A stretch of 64,000 bases of DNA, taken from Pavona decussata (lineage: Eukaryota). A program made the position numbers and the translations under genes. The number at the start of each line of letters is the position of its first letter. The first letter of the stretch is position 1. Positions 40,601 to 49,687 of the stretch are shown here, in pieces. The stretch is taken from assembly GCA_977016875.1 (NCBI GenBank), contig CDRNST010000176.1:124001-188000 (forward strand). The letters are read 5' to 3'. The notes under the pieces were generated by a model. That model had not been told where the DNA came from and made no database searches. It saw nothing but the letters and a program-made list of their open reading frames with translations.

Positions 40601-41574
40601 ACAGAGCAGAACATGGCCAAACCGACTCTCTTTGTTTATCTTTTCGCTGTAGAAGACGGGAGCGAGGTTATCCTGAAGAAAGGAGAAGCAGTAAAAGTGA
40701 TTCGAGCTTCTGAGAAGCGAGGATATCTTGTCGTGGAACACAAAAATACCACTGTCGACTTGCCATTTCAAGTTATGGAACTCAAGGTACGACGCTTTTT
40801 TTTCTTTGTCATTGCACCATTGGCTTTTACGTTAGAAAAGCGTGGTTAGTAACATTATGTAAAAAGTTTTGCTTACTCCTTACTTCAGAGAAAGTTACGT
40901 TCCTCGGGATCGTCAAGGTTAAGATTGGTTTTCTTCGACTTCAGATCTAAAAAATAGATATCAGTGGAGTATAAAAGATATTACGCTAATATCCAGTGGT
41001 TTTCTGTTTAAGAAAAGCCAAGGAAGTCGAGAGATAGTAGGTTATCCCTAATTAAAGTTTTTCGCTTGTTCACAATCAAAGCTGTCACAATCAAAGCGAA
41101 AAATTAAACTCGTGATGTAAGGAGTTCATAAGTGTCTTTGTCCTAGTCGGACAACACTGCGTTGCATGTGCTCTTAACGTGAACTCTCCACCAATCAGGA
41201 AAGGCCCTGGAAATTTGAGCTGACCAATAACATGGCGACTAAACTGACCAAATTATTCAATTCTGAACAACAAACAGAACACGACTTGTCGATACGTCGG
41301 GCACCAGTAGTCTACCCAAATCCGAGACGCTTGTTTTCAGAACATTATTTTCTAAAGGACAGCCATTATAAATGCTACTGTTAACCAGACAATCACCCTA
41401 CAAACTGCTGTCACTCCAGGATGCAAGCCATTTGTTACATTTCTAGTTCATAACTTCGTAATAACTCTCGGAAATTCTGGAGCCTGCTTCCGATTTAGTC
41501 GAAAAATTAGGAAAAACGTTTTGACTGAAGAACTTAATTTTCTGTAGAATTCTCCAAATCCTTCTCCGAGATGA
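15734..41574 (+). CDS. dachs: Unconventional myosin Dachs (myosin class XX-like), 29 exons, ~1128 aa
   Basis: Phase-consistent GT-AG exons: 15734-16196, 18871-18996, 20186-20331, 20613-20764, 21430-21526, 22388-22465, 24299-24373, 25023-25107, 25624-25736, 26713-26839, 26976-27094, 27650-27869, 30199-30302, 30554-30651, 31236-31311, 32553-32599, 33669-33725, 33851-33908, 34712-34792, 35328-35452, 35676-35727, 35858-35923, 36221-36320, 37143-37341, 38289-38459, 39183-39273, 39879-39978, 40653-40786, 41548-41574 (3387 nt). Motifs: P-loop SGSGGSGKT, SLGNAKTATNSNSSRIG, EKNYHIFYQLL, LAKALYCRTVAAIVRRVNS, IGILDMFGFE, QHFYNTHIFKS, CNFGFATHLF, one IQ motif, and Dachs-type tail YGLDMETPPPLPKSRPYTVMGNMKMGFPQTRIMK..LKKGEAVKV. 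Confidence 0.92.
17523..17723. mobile_element. MITE nested in a TTCAGCCCGGGCTGAAA-type repeat element (~17455-18065)
   Basis: TGCAGTTCCAGATAAATCCA ... TGGATATTTTCTGGAACTGCA inverted termini. Confidence 0.6.
19055..19235. repeat. Palindromic (foldback) interspersed repeat
   Basis: TTTTTCCCATTGATTTAAGGCCCA...TGGGCCGTAAATCAATGGGAAAAA core stem with longer imperfect flanks. Confidence 0.6.
19350..19490 (-). mobile_element. tRNA-derived SINE (same family as 28795-28960 + and ~63340-63485 -)
   Basis: Reverse complement gives GCAGCGTGGCCAGGTGGTTAGGGCATCAGACTTGTAATTCAGAGGTCCCAGGTTCA tRNA-like head. Confidence 0.6.
19716..19907. repeat. Near-perfect direct tandem duplication, 98-bp period
   Basis: TAGTGCAAAGGAAGGGGAGAGGG...TTAGTTTTAAAA begins at 19716 and again at 19814. 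Confidence 0.9.
20815..21060 (+). mobile_element. tRNA-derived SINE with Deu/Nin-like core
   Basis: GTGTAGTGGTTAG head, CTTAGACAAGAAACTT, CACCCAGGTGCATAAATGGGTAC core, GGTAACCCTGCGATAGATTAGCATCCCATTCAGGGGG tail; related fragments at ~6230-6370 and, on the - strand, ~40130-40600. Confidence 0.65.
21155..21275. repeat. AT-only 7-bp microsatellite (TAAATAT/TAAATTT)n
   Basis: Directly visible tandem array. Confidence 0.9.
22472..23082 (+). mobile_element. 5'-truncated LINE (CR1/L2-group) 3' end
   Basis: Frameshifted ORF2 C-terminus TRSTRTSRS..RTLTYQRSFFIRACRTW / ELRT..FKTLL..WRTICPRCNT..CC*, then a 3' UTR and (TAAA)n tail at ~23061-23080. Confidence 0.78.
25940..26033. mobile_element. Small MITE with 9-bp TSD (Mutator-like)
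   Basis: TTCCAAAAT|TAGT...ACTA|TTCCAGAAT. Confidence 0.5.
26205..26660 (+). mobile_element. Decayed L2/CR1 LINE 3' end
   Basis: IHVVSTRQ..ARNSFFYCAAKCCNELDHQIK is typical of an RT ORF2 C-terminus; AATAAA with short repeat tail. Confidence 0.6.
28795..28960 (+). mobile_element. tRNA-derived SINE
   Basis: GGCGGTGTGGCCAAATGGTCAGAG..GGTTCAAGT head; GTAAATAGCCAACTGG...GCCAGTTGGGATT body. Confidence 0.65.
28985..29374. mobile_element. Foldback MITE (ATAGACC termini); related ATAGGCC element at ~39671-39840
   Basis: ATAGACCCTTCTCCAAAA..TTTTGGAGAAGGGTCTAT termini; imperfect palindromy runs to the centre near 29178. Confidence 0.8.
29835..30008. mobile_element. Tc1/mariner-type MITE
   Basis: TA|CAGTCAACTC ... 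GAGTTCACTG|TA. Confidence 0.7.
30680..30822. mobile_element. MITE with 9-bp TSD (Mutator-like)
   Basis: GGGAGTGGA|TAGCCTGTTTCAGGCTCCG...CGGAGTTTGGAATAGGCTA|GGGAGCGGA. Confidence 0.7.
30870..31107 (+). mobile_element. Penelope-like retroelement terminal remnant (inverted pLTR palindrome) with decayed minimal hammerhead core
   Basis: GCTGACGTATTGGGCGTTAGCTCTTC / CTGACAAAGGACTATCACTGAAAACGTCAGC inverted pair inside GGTTTTATCAACAGAGTTGATAAGGTAA..TTACCTTGTCAACACTGTTGCCAAAACC arms, followed by CCACAGTTTCTTTGAAACTA tail. Confidence 0.55.
31560..31951. mobile_element. TTAA-targeting MITE (Kolobok-like), copy 2
   Basis: TTAA|GGACGGTGCCTACT ... AGTAGGCACCGTCC|TTAA. Confidence 0.85.
32080..32350. repeat. 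Interspersed repeat with 5' hairpin
   Basis: TATATCAAACACGAGGAAGAGTGTTT..TTTCCAAACACC / GGTGTTTGGAAA..AAACACTCTTTCGAGTGTTTGATATA (32080-32223). Confidence 0.6.
32871..33110. mobile_element. PIF/Harbinger-type MITE
   Basis: CAG|GGCCCCGTTTCTCGAAAGTCCCG ... CGGGACTTTCGAGAAACGGGCCC|CAG, 3-bp TSD. Confidence 0.8.
33145..33315. mobile_element. MITE with 9-bp TSD and ~50-bp internal hairpin
   Basis: GGAGCGAAC|TACCCTGCCAGC...GCTAGCAGGGTA|GGAGCGGGC; internal TACGAAGTCGTTCGCATCTCTGGTATTTCGCGTAGTT and its reverse complement. Confidence 0.75.
34355..34497. repeat. 30-bp minisatellite, ~4.7 copies
   Basis: TCGTCATACTCGCTCAGTTTTTCTCTTTAA repeated head-to-tail with no spacers. Confidence 0.9.
35967..36136. 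repeat. Intronic foldback
   Basis: TTTGATTTTTGAAAACAT..TTCTGTCATCTTCAGTTTT pairs with AAAACTGAAGATGACAGAA..ATGTTTTCAAAAATCAAA. Confidence 0.7.
40221..40448. mobile_element. Palindromic MITE inserted into a SINE
   Basis: CACAGTCCCCTATTTTTTCCATGGGATTTTCGAGACT / AGTCTCGAAAATCCCACGGAAAAACAGGGGACTGTG. Confidence 0.7.
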
Positions 41575-44512
41575 CCAAAACTAAACGACGAGGAAATCGC
41601 CAACAAGTACGGTAAGATATTCACATTTCTCTACCATTCTTATTTTACCAATATCTCTTTTAATATTCTCTTGACATGATTTGACCCTGGTTTTCGTTTG
41701 ACTTTGTGCAGGGAACATAACACCAATAGAATTTCAAGGTTAATCCAAGTTGGCAGTAGATGACAAAGAGACTGGGACAGAACTCCACTTCGCTGCAGGT
41801 CACGTGAGCGCCTAGTCTTCACTATGCATCCACGTGACTTATTTTCCCGTGACGTGGGATGAATTGTGTATGATCACGTACAGCACACGTGGTTCCTTTA
41901 AGGCGAGTTCACACTACAAACGTGTGCCAAGCTGGCGAGTGTAAACATCACGATAGCATATGACAAGCAAGTGTTCAAACTGCTAAGGGCAAACAGGACG
42001 AATCTCTGATCTCGCCGTTTTCTCAACAACTTTTTGGAGTCAGCAAAGTCGTACTTGACGTGTGAACGTTTGTTAAACAAGTGCTGTTTACATGAAACGC
42101 CTACCAGAGAGATGGGAATAGAAAGAATTGCGTCAAACTCCAATTTCAACAATGAGTAAGACATTTTGGAGGTTACACATCGTGTAACCTCGCATATTTC
42201 TGGAATTTGCCAACTTTTAAAGTTTGCCGTGTGAGGCGCCTTGAGGTTCATTTTTTTATCGCAAGACGCGGGGATCATCAGAATACCATGTGCATACTTG
42301 TTAAAAACAGAGAAAATACGTTGAGATTAGAAAGCACGGCTTGAAAACGCTCCCATGTGATAGAATTAAAAATAGCCGTGTGAATGGTAGAACGAGGCGA
42401 ACCTTCGATCAAGACGTAGAATTTATGAAATAAGAGAACACTGTGGCCATATGTAAGAGTCATTTTCGATTTTAGACTTATTTATGTGACGTTGGCTGGC
42501 TGTAAAAGAAATATATGTTACGCAATCACCAAATGTTAGAAATGTTAGGGTTGGATTTTTAAATCCAACCCTAACAGGTTGCGGCTATGGTTAGGGTTAT
42601 GGGTAGTGTGGGGTGATGCGTATCATGAGAGAACGACCAGCAGCCTCCTTCCCAGGCCCTTACGCTCTTATCGAATGAAACGAGACCATTTCGAGGCTTG
42701 AGGCCGAGCTCAATGGATACGTTATATTTTTTACGTGCCAAGTACGACTGTGAACGAGGCTTGTCCTTTTGTGCTATTAACCAATAAGAAGCGACCTAAA
42801 CCAAGCTTAACTCGGCTGACATTGTTTTCTCCCGCACTGTACACCGGTTACAACGCATATATGAGTTAAAATTCAGATTGGTTCGCTGCATTGTTTGTGA
42901 TTGTTCAAAGTTTGTGAGTTCTTTGGTCTTGTCGACATTGGCATGTGCCAAACCCTATTAAAACTCCCAAGAGCCGCCTCGCTAGAGACTGAAACTTTGG
43001 TTTGCAAAGTATTAAGAAACAAACAGCACCACCTGAAAGTACTACACACTAGCTTTCATTTGAATGGTCACACTTTAGCATTCAACCACAGATTCAAATG
43101 TCAATCCACCTATTACGGCCCCACCGGAAAGTACTGCTCAGTAGCTTTCATCCACAGAATCAAAAGTTAGAACCACCTTGTTTAACATAATAAACAGCAC
43201 TGCAGGAAAGTATTGCTTAGCAGCTTGCATTTAAATTGTAACATTTTATTTAGCCTATTTATCCTATTATCAAAGAACAAAGTCTCCTATCTTGTCTCCA
43301 TACTTTACTTATAAAAGTACCGGGAGAAGTTATTGAAATACCGTAATTCTCATGACCTCAGGAGTTGAATAAGCATTGATATTACAAGGAGAAATTTGAT
43401 GCTGATCACTGTTAGCAGATAGGACCACCTTGTGCAGTGTAGAAAATGATGCCTTAATGTACCACATTGTAGGATTTCATACATAGCCTCAATTGTACAG
43501 CATAACAAATAGCACCACAAGGAAGTACAATCATTCACCAGTTTTCATGTCAAGTTAGAATCACCTCGGTTTAATGAATAAAAATATATACGATTATTAA
43601 CGGAAGAGCGTACTTTTGTAGCAAGAGATCTATTTGGCAGAAAGCACTTTGTTGGCTCGACCTAAGGAGTTAGTCGAGAATAATAATCAAAATGCGTGCA
43701 TTGAAAATAGTACAAATCGTACGAACACTGGCTTAACGTTTGTAAGTATTTACGTAAGGTAGCAATTGCTCTATTACCATATATAATGGCAATATTTTAT
43801 TAACATACGCGCTTTAGTGCCTTAAGTGATCCCATGGAAGTATTTTCCTACGTGTATGAAATTGAAAGTACAGGTATCTTTGTAAGAAAATAAACATAGC
43901 AAATATTTCAATTAACATGGAGTTGGAATAAGCCCCCGTGCGTGTTTCGTTTCGACGTAGTTAATTGAGGGACTGGTAAAGGAACCTTGTTCATCTTCAA
44001 AGTTGATGATGGTGCTGCAGTTTATGTTGGAAGGGCCGCGACCGTGCACAATCCTTTGTTTTAACATTCACACTGCAACTGTTGGGCAGTTGTTCCAACA
44101 CATTTCAAAATCTATCATGGTTTGTGCGCGGTCAAGACCAAAAATGCTAACAAAAACATACAGCAAAGAAGTTAGTTTGGCTTCATAACCATTGCCTTTT
44201 GCGGTTAGCTATGGTCTCGAAAGAGCCAAATTTAAAAGTTTCCCAAAAGGTGTGCGAGCACAGGTATGAAATGTTTGCATACGATGATTAAAAGAAGTTT
44301 TTGAATTTGCTTCTGTACCAACCACATCTTCGGAGACCCAAGGTCAGATCGGGATGAGATGCAGTTTTAAACTACTACTTAAAGTGTAAGTTGGAAAAGC
44401 TACTTGTGTCCCACCGATACTAAAAAAGTGAAAAATTACAAAAAATTTCTTTTACTGTAATGGTTCAGTCCACAAGACGAACTGTTTTCACGGAACCACT
44501 TTCGTCCTCTTA

Positions 44513-44877
44513 AGGCCCGTTTAAACGGTTTCAACATTTACCCAACATCCGTTCAACAAAAGTTGAACGGATGTTGGGCAAATGTTGGATGAACAGAGTA
44601 TCCAAACGACTTCAACGCCATTCAACATTTTTAAGAACAAAGGAAATGTTGAAGCGATGTTGAGTGAAAGTTTCGTAGAACCAATTTAAATTTAATCCAA
44701 CACACTTTCTGCAAGCTTTCAACGTTTATTTGCACTTTCAACAATGTTGAACGACCTGTTCAAACGCCCCCGACATTTGGTTCAATCAGGGCGCAGAAAA
44801 GAACTCTTTTCTGCGCCCTGGTTCAACAAAGTGTTGAACGTATATTGAAGCAAATGTTGAAACCGTTTAACGGGCCT
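44513..44877. mobile_element. PIF/Harbinger-type MITE with nested 34-bp hairpin insertion
   Basis: TTA|AGGCCCGTTTAAACGGTTTCAACATTT ... AAATGTTGAAACCGTTTAACGGGCCT|TTA; many TTCAACA/TGTTGAA subrepeats. Confidence 0.8.
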
Positions 44878-45324
44878 TTACGCGGTACCCGCACTGATCA
44901 CTTGACACCTGACTGACCTTTGCAACAGAAATTCCCTCGCCCTGAAAAGTTTCACACGCTAAAGCGGTATATGGTGCCAGCTGGGGAAGGCTGCAAAAAG
45001 AAATTTCTTTGTTCGCTACCGGCAAAACAAATCAACAGAATTAAACAGCATGGAGCTCTTTCAATAGCCGTTTCTGTCGCACAGGCCAACCAGATAAGTG
45101 GGCACCAAAGTGACGCGATTGAAATAGCTCCTCTATTGGCTAGAAAAAAATATTATAGCAGAACGTGGAAGCCAATCAGAGGTCAAGGTCTTAGACACTT
45201 CTTGAACGAGATTGCCGGAGGCGTTTCCACCCCGTCTTGTAAACTATCACTTGTCCGTTCCCGTCGTTTCGCCCGTGAGGTATTCGCCCAAACCCGAATT
45301 TCTGCCTCTAGGTCTCCGAAGATG

Positions 45325-45435
45325 TAGCCTGTGAAGAGTCAATCGCACGCGCCAAGGGAGGGGAGGGCTCTCTCTCTTCGTGCGCGTTCGATTCCCCTGT
45401 ATCCGCCCCCTTTATGGCGCTTGTCACACGGGCTA
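45325..45435. mobile_element. MITE with 8-9-bp TSD
   Basis: CCGAAGATG|TAGCCTGTGA...TCACACGGGCTA|CCGAAGATA. Confidence 0.65.
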
Positions 45436-47764
45436 CCGAAGATACCCCGGGCCCCGGGGGGCTTACTTGACCCGTGTTTGGGTAGAGGGGTTCCGCTGGG
45501 GGTTTGAAACCCTGACCCTGTTTAGGACGAAACCCTCCCGGGCGAAGATGCAACAGTTGCTATTCCTCTTGTGCATAAAAAGAGAAACACTGTGTAACCG
45601 TTTTACCCATTAGTTGTGTCTTGAGAAAAAAAAAATGAGATATAGAAACTTAAGAAACACACAATGGCTAGAACAATTCAGTTCCATCAAATTGGATATC
45701 CTGCTTATTTTTTCTCGGACATACGCGCTCGGGGGAGCGTAGCGGGACCCACTTGAGCGAAGGACTTTGAGAAAATCTACCTTGTTAGAAATTAAATTTG
45801 ATGTGGTAATCCTGCACTTTATCCCTAAACTGCTTGGTTGGCTTAATTCACCGGCTCTGGAATCTTTATCCAATTTAGCCAGGGTAAAAGTGTCATACGT
45901 GGTGGCATTTGTCTCAATAAGATAGACATGTGAAAATGTTTTCAACTAAGAAAACAAGGAAAAGCTTAGTTGTGGGCGGGGTGGCAAAATATTTGGCTGT
46001 GTGAAAACTGGAGACGATCCCCCACACGCAGCCAGGCTTCTCTTGTCCAGCGGAACACCAAGGCTGGTTTTGGTTAGTACGTTATTTATCTGCCATGTGG
46101 TGTATCATAAGGCTCCGCGATTTGCGCTGCAGCTAGTTAACAACTTCCTTTCAATTAAGTGTGAAGTAACTTGGCGGTGAAAAAGGCGTCATGCTTTTGC
46201 CACGAGTATTATCTTTCACGCGTTCAAAACACGAATCGAGGAGGAAATTGAGAAACGCCTGTAATAAAAACAAAGTGTATAATCACCGTATGACCTTACA
46301 ATAATTATTCTTTTCTCCATTTAATCAATCTTATTTATGGCACAAAAAGGTCGTTTGATGTGTACCGATCTGTTAAGCTTCATAAAAGCTGTCTTCACCG
46401 AGCGCAAACCAAAGCCGCCGACAGTTTATTTATTGTTTAATTAAAACACTTGACTTCGAAAAGGTCGTGTTTTTGCGTGACCACGAGAAGGAAAATCGAG
46501 TTTATGAAAACAACTCTCTAAATTATTGGCACGAAAATCTGTTCGCATCAACACAAAAGCCGCGCTATATGGCTTGTTCAAGTCAGAACTTCTTGACGGA
46601 ACAATGCATCGTACTTAACATGGGCCCACTCGCGTAAGCACGTGAAAGGTCTGAAGAACAATTCGGTGTGGGTGATTTTGTTTTGTTATTTAGTATAAAT
46701 AAACTGCAGCTATCCATGTTCACACGCTGCAAATTTCTTCGAAAACAAGCTTTTGTTTGTAGAACTGGTGTGTCGATTCGAGGACAATGGAAATCAAGGG
46801 CGACATGTGAAGCCTTATTAGCTCGCTTCCGACTTATCGGGATCATAATCGAGACCTCAATAAAATCCTAAACTCATACAAACAGCAATATTCTAATCTT
46901 ATCTCGCACGATCCTACGCGGTCCTGAGTTGTGTTTTTCTATTCATGCCATCTATGTGGCGCCATATAGAGTGAGATGCTATCAAGGAGATCACTAACTT
47001 CAAATTGTTCTAATTTAATTGCCGATTTCATTTCCTGACTTTTCATCTCTACTCAGAATCTCGAGCTAAATAAAAAGCTCAGAAAAGGTTGCTGCATTTC
47101 GTTGCGTAACTGGAACGTTGTAAAATGTCCCCAAACCCGCACGCAGATAGCCCGTCGAGTTTTCTGTAGTTTACATTTTTTGCGGCGCCAATCTAAACAA
47201 AAGGAAAAGAAACGAACCTTAAATGCTTACAAATGACTTAAAACAAACTTCCCGTATAAATATTTATCCATCTGCAGGCGAGAGATAATGGAGAAATGGA
47301 CATAAAATTGAACAGATGATCGCTTCCACGGCCCACAGGAATAGAAAACCGAGACAGGTTTCTGCTCCGCGCTCTAACTTTATCGCTTAATACTTATTTA
47401 GTTAAATTAAACGCATCGTTTTAGAATGCAAATCGTCAGACTATCGGTAATAAGAATTTGCGAAAAAAAACACTGGCAAATTTGCTAATCCGAGCTCAAC
47501 TGCTTGCCATGCATAAAAAACAGTCATTCGAACTTGAAATGTTTGATGTGTGGTCTTAAAAACACTTAAACGTGTACTGTAAACAAACAGTGAGACAGTA
47601 GTCTGAAAATCTGGAGAGCCTGGGTGGTCTACAAGGGCGTTCCCAGTCCTATATCCGTTTGAAGTCTGCTGAAATAGCACTAAGAACATTTGCGTTACAG
47701 TGTGCGAGAGCGTAACCCCAAGGAAGTCATCTCCTGGTCATTCTCTCTCTTGCACGACAGAAAC

Positions 47765-48604
47765 ATGTACAATACATTCACGCCTCTGAGATTTGGTCCG
47801 TATGCGACTCTAACCATCCCTAGCGGACAGAGAATCCAACAGCAGGCTTCGGAAACGCTGTGTTCGTGTTGTTATTTCAGTTCAAGGCTCAATTGCTGTT
47901 ATTCGCCAGGTTACCGGTCTGGAGTCGGGTTCAATTATGGCTGTGCCGAGATGCTTCCCAAACCGCCCTACTCGTACGTGGCTTTGATTTCCATGGCCAT
48001 CAAGAATTCGCCGCAGAAGAAGGTGACGTTGAGCGGTATTTACCAGTTCATTATGGTGAACTTTCCATATTACCAGCAGAGCAGACGAGGCTGGCAAAAC
48101 AGCATCAGGCATAACTTGTCACTAAACAAGTGCTTTGTCAAAGTACCCCGCGACAAGTCGGACCCTGGAAAGGGCTGCTACTGGGCGCTGGATTCGTCTT
48201 TTGAGGAAATGTTTGAAGAGGGAAGGTTTTGGAGACGAAAGCGAAGGCCCAAGCACGCACAGTCGAGGGAAGGCGAAGACGAAAACGAGGTATCTGCCAG
48301 CTCAGGAGACGGTGATGAAATTCGTGACGAGAAATCTGGACAGAAAGCTGCTGAGCTCGCAAAGATGAATTGTGAGAGCGAGGAAAGGAAACGAGAAGCT
48401 TCACACGGAGAATTTCATCGCAGTGTGTCCTCGCAAATATCAGACGTAATGGAAGATCAGAACGGACAATGTATTTCAGCGCAAAATAAAAGACTTTCAC
48501 CTCAGTGCCCCGATAACGAGTCGAAGACGACAAGTATGGCTGCCAAAAGCATTTCTCCTGCTCGCCGCTTAACATTCAGTATCGACAGTCTGCTAAAGCG
48601 ATAA
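47765..48604 (+). CDS. Intronless forkhead-box transcription factor (FoxL1/FoxC/FoxI-related, subfamily uncertain) with C-terminal eh1 motif, 279 aa
   Basis: [65 protein letters not shown]; ends [11 protein letters not shown] (eh1 Groucho-binding motif); first ATG in AAAC-ATG context at 47765. Confidence 0.93.
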   Translation: MYNTFTPLRFGPYATLTIPSGQRIQQQASETLCSCCYFSSRLNCCYSPGYRSGVGFNYGCAEMLPKPPYSYVALISMAIKNSPQKKVTLSGIYQFIMVNFPYYQQSRRGWQNSIRHNLSLNKCFVKVPRDKSDPGKGCYWALDSSFEEMFEEGRFWRRKRRPKHAQSREGEDENEVSASSGDGDEIRDEKSGQKAAELAKMNCESEERKREASHGEFHRSVSSQISDVMEDQNGQCISAQNKRLSPQCPDNESKTTSMAAKSISPARRLTFSIDSLLKR

Positions 48605-48916
48605 CTGTTTTAAATAACTGTCAGTGGGAGAACAGTGGAGAAGATGGACCCAGTGACCAAAGAACTAGCTGTGAAATTTTGATGAACATCGTAAGAACAT
48701 GACCGAGTTCCGCTGATGGAAGACATCGAAGCATTAGCATTAATCAGCTGCTCCCGTTTCGACCAAAAATACCATCGCACAACAGTGCTTCCCCCGAGCA
48801 AGTGGAGACCAAAGAAATCAGTTTTTTGTTTAACCTGGTCACATTTTACGAATGCACGTTAAAGAAGTAGATACATAGAACACGAAAGTTTAGTCCCATA
48901 AAGCGACTTGCATTAA

Positions 48917-49687
48917 GGTGGCCGAACACAGTTTTCCAGTATACAGGTGTTAGTGGACATTATTTGAAAACTACGTACTTCTGAGTACCCGAAATTAGCA
49001 TGGTGCAAGATTAACTAAGAAGGAATAAATTTTGATACTTTTCGTTGAGCAAGGTGCCGTTGCCATGGCAACGCAGCAAGCTATTAACCGTCCACAAATA
49101 ATGGTTTTCCTTAATTTTCCGAAAATGCACTCATTAGATTTTTTCAATTTTTTGTATCCAGAAAAACTCACAAAATACTGACATAGTGACCCTGTTTTTA
49201 TGTAATTTTAACAGACAGATCTCCTGTAAATGTTGGTTTTGCACTTTAACGGTTTTTGAAGATACCCTCTGTTAGATTTTGTTTTCGGTTTGTAGGCGAG
49301 TTACGCTTTTAGAAAACTACTGTTTTGTCAAATTTCACGAAATTCTAACGAGCGGTTCCTTAGAAAACAGTTCATTTCCATTAAAACAACCAGTCGCAAT
49401 TTTTTGCTCAAATGCGCATGCGTGGCTTTTAATTAGGTTTTCTCAGCAAAGATGAAAAGCCTACAAAAAGGCTTAGCTCATTGTGAACTCACTTTCTTTG
49501 TTCGGCGCTAAATGAAGAATGATTTACAAACGAGAAACTGTGTTATTTTAAGGGCAAAACTTACCTTTGTGATCCATTTGGTATAAAATCGAGGGATCGG
49601 TAGTATTTGCCTACCACAACCCTAGCGCGCGCTTAATAGCATCACTAACAGAATCTGTAAAGCGCGCGCAAACTGTGTTCAGCCACC
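48917..49687. mobile_element. TTAA-targeting non-autonomous DNA transposon (Kolobok-like)
   Basis: TTAA|GGTGGCCGAACACAGTTT ... AAACTGTGTTCAGCCACC|TTAA. Confidence 0.82.

Noticed and set aside
47690-47764. TTG start given by the ORF track for the Fox gene
   Set aside because: Eukaryotic context; the first ATG with good context is at 47765
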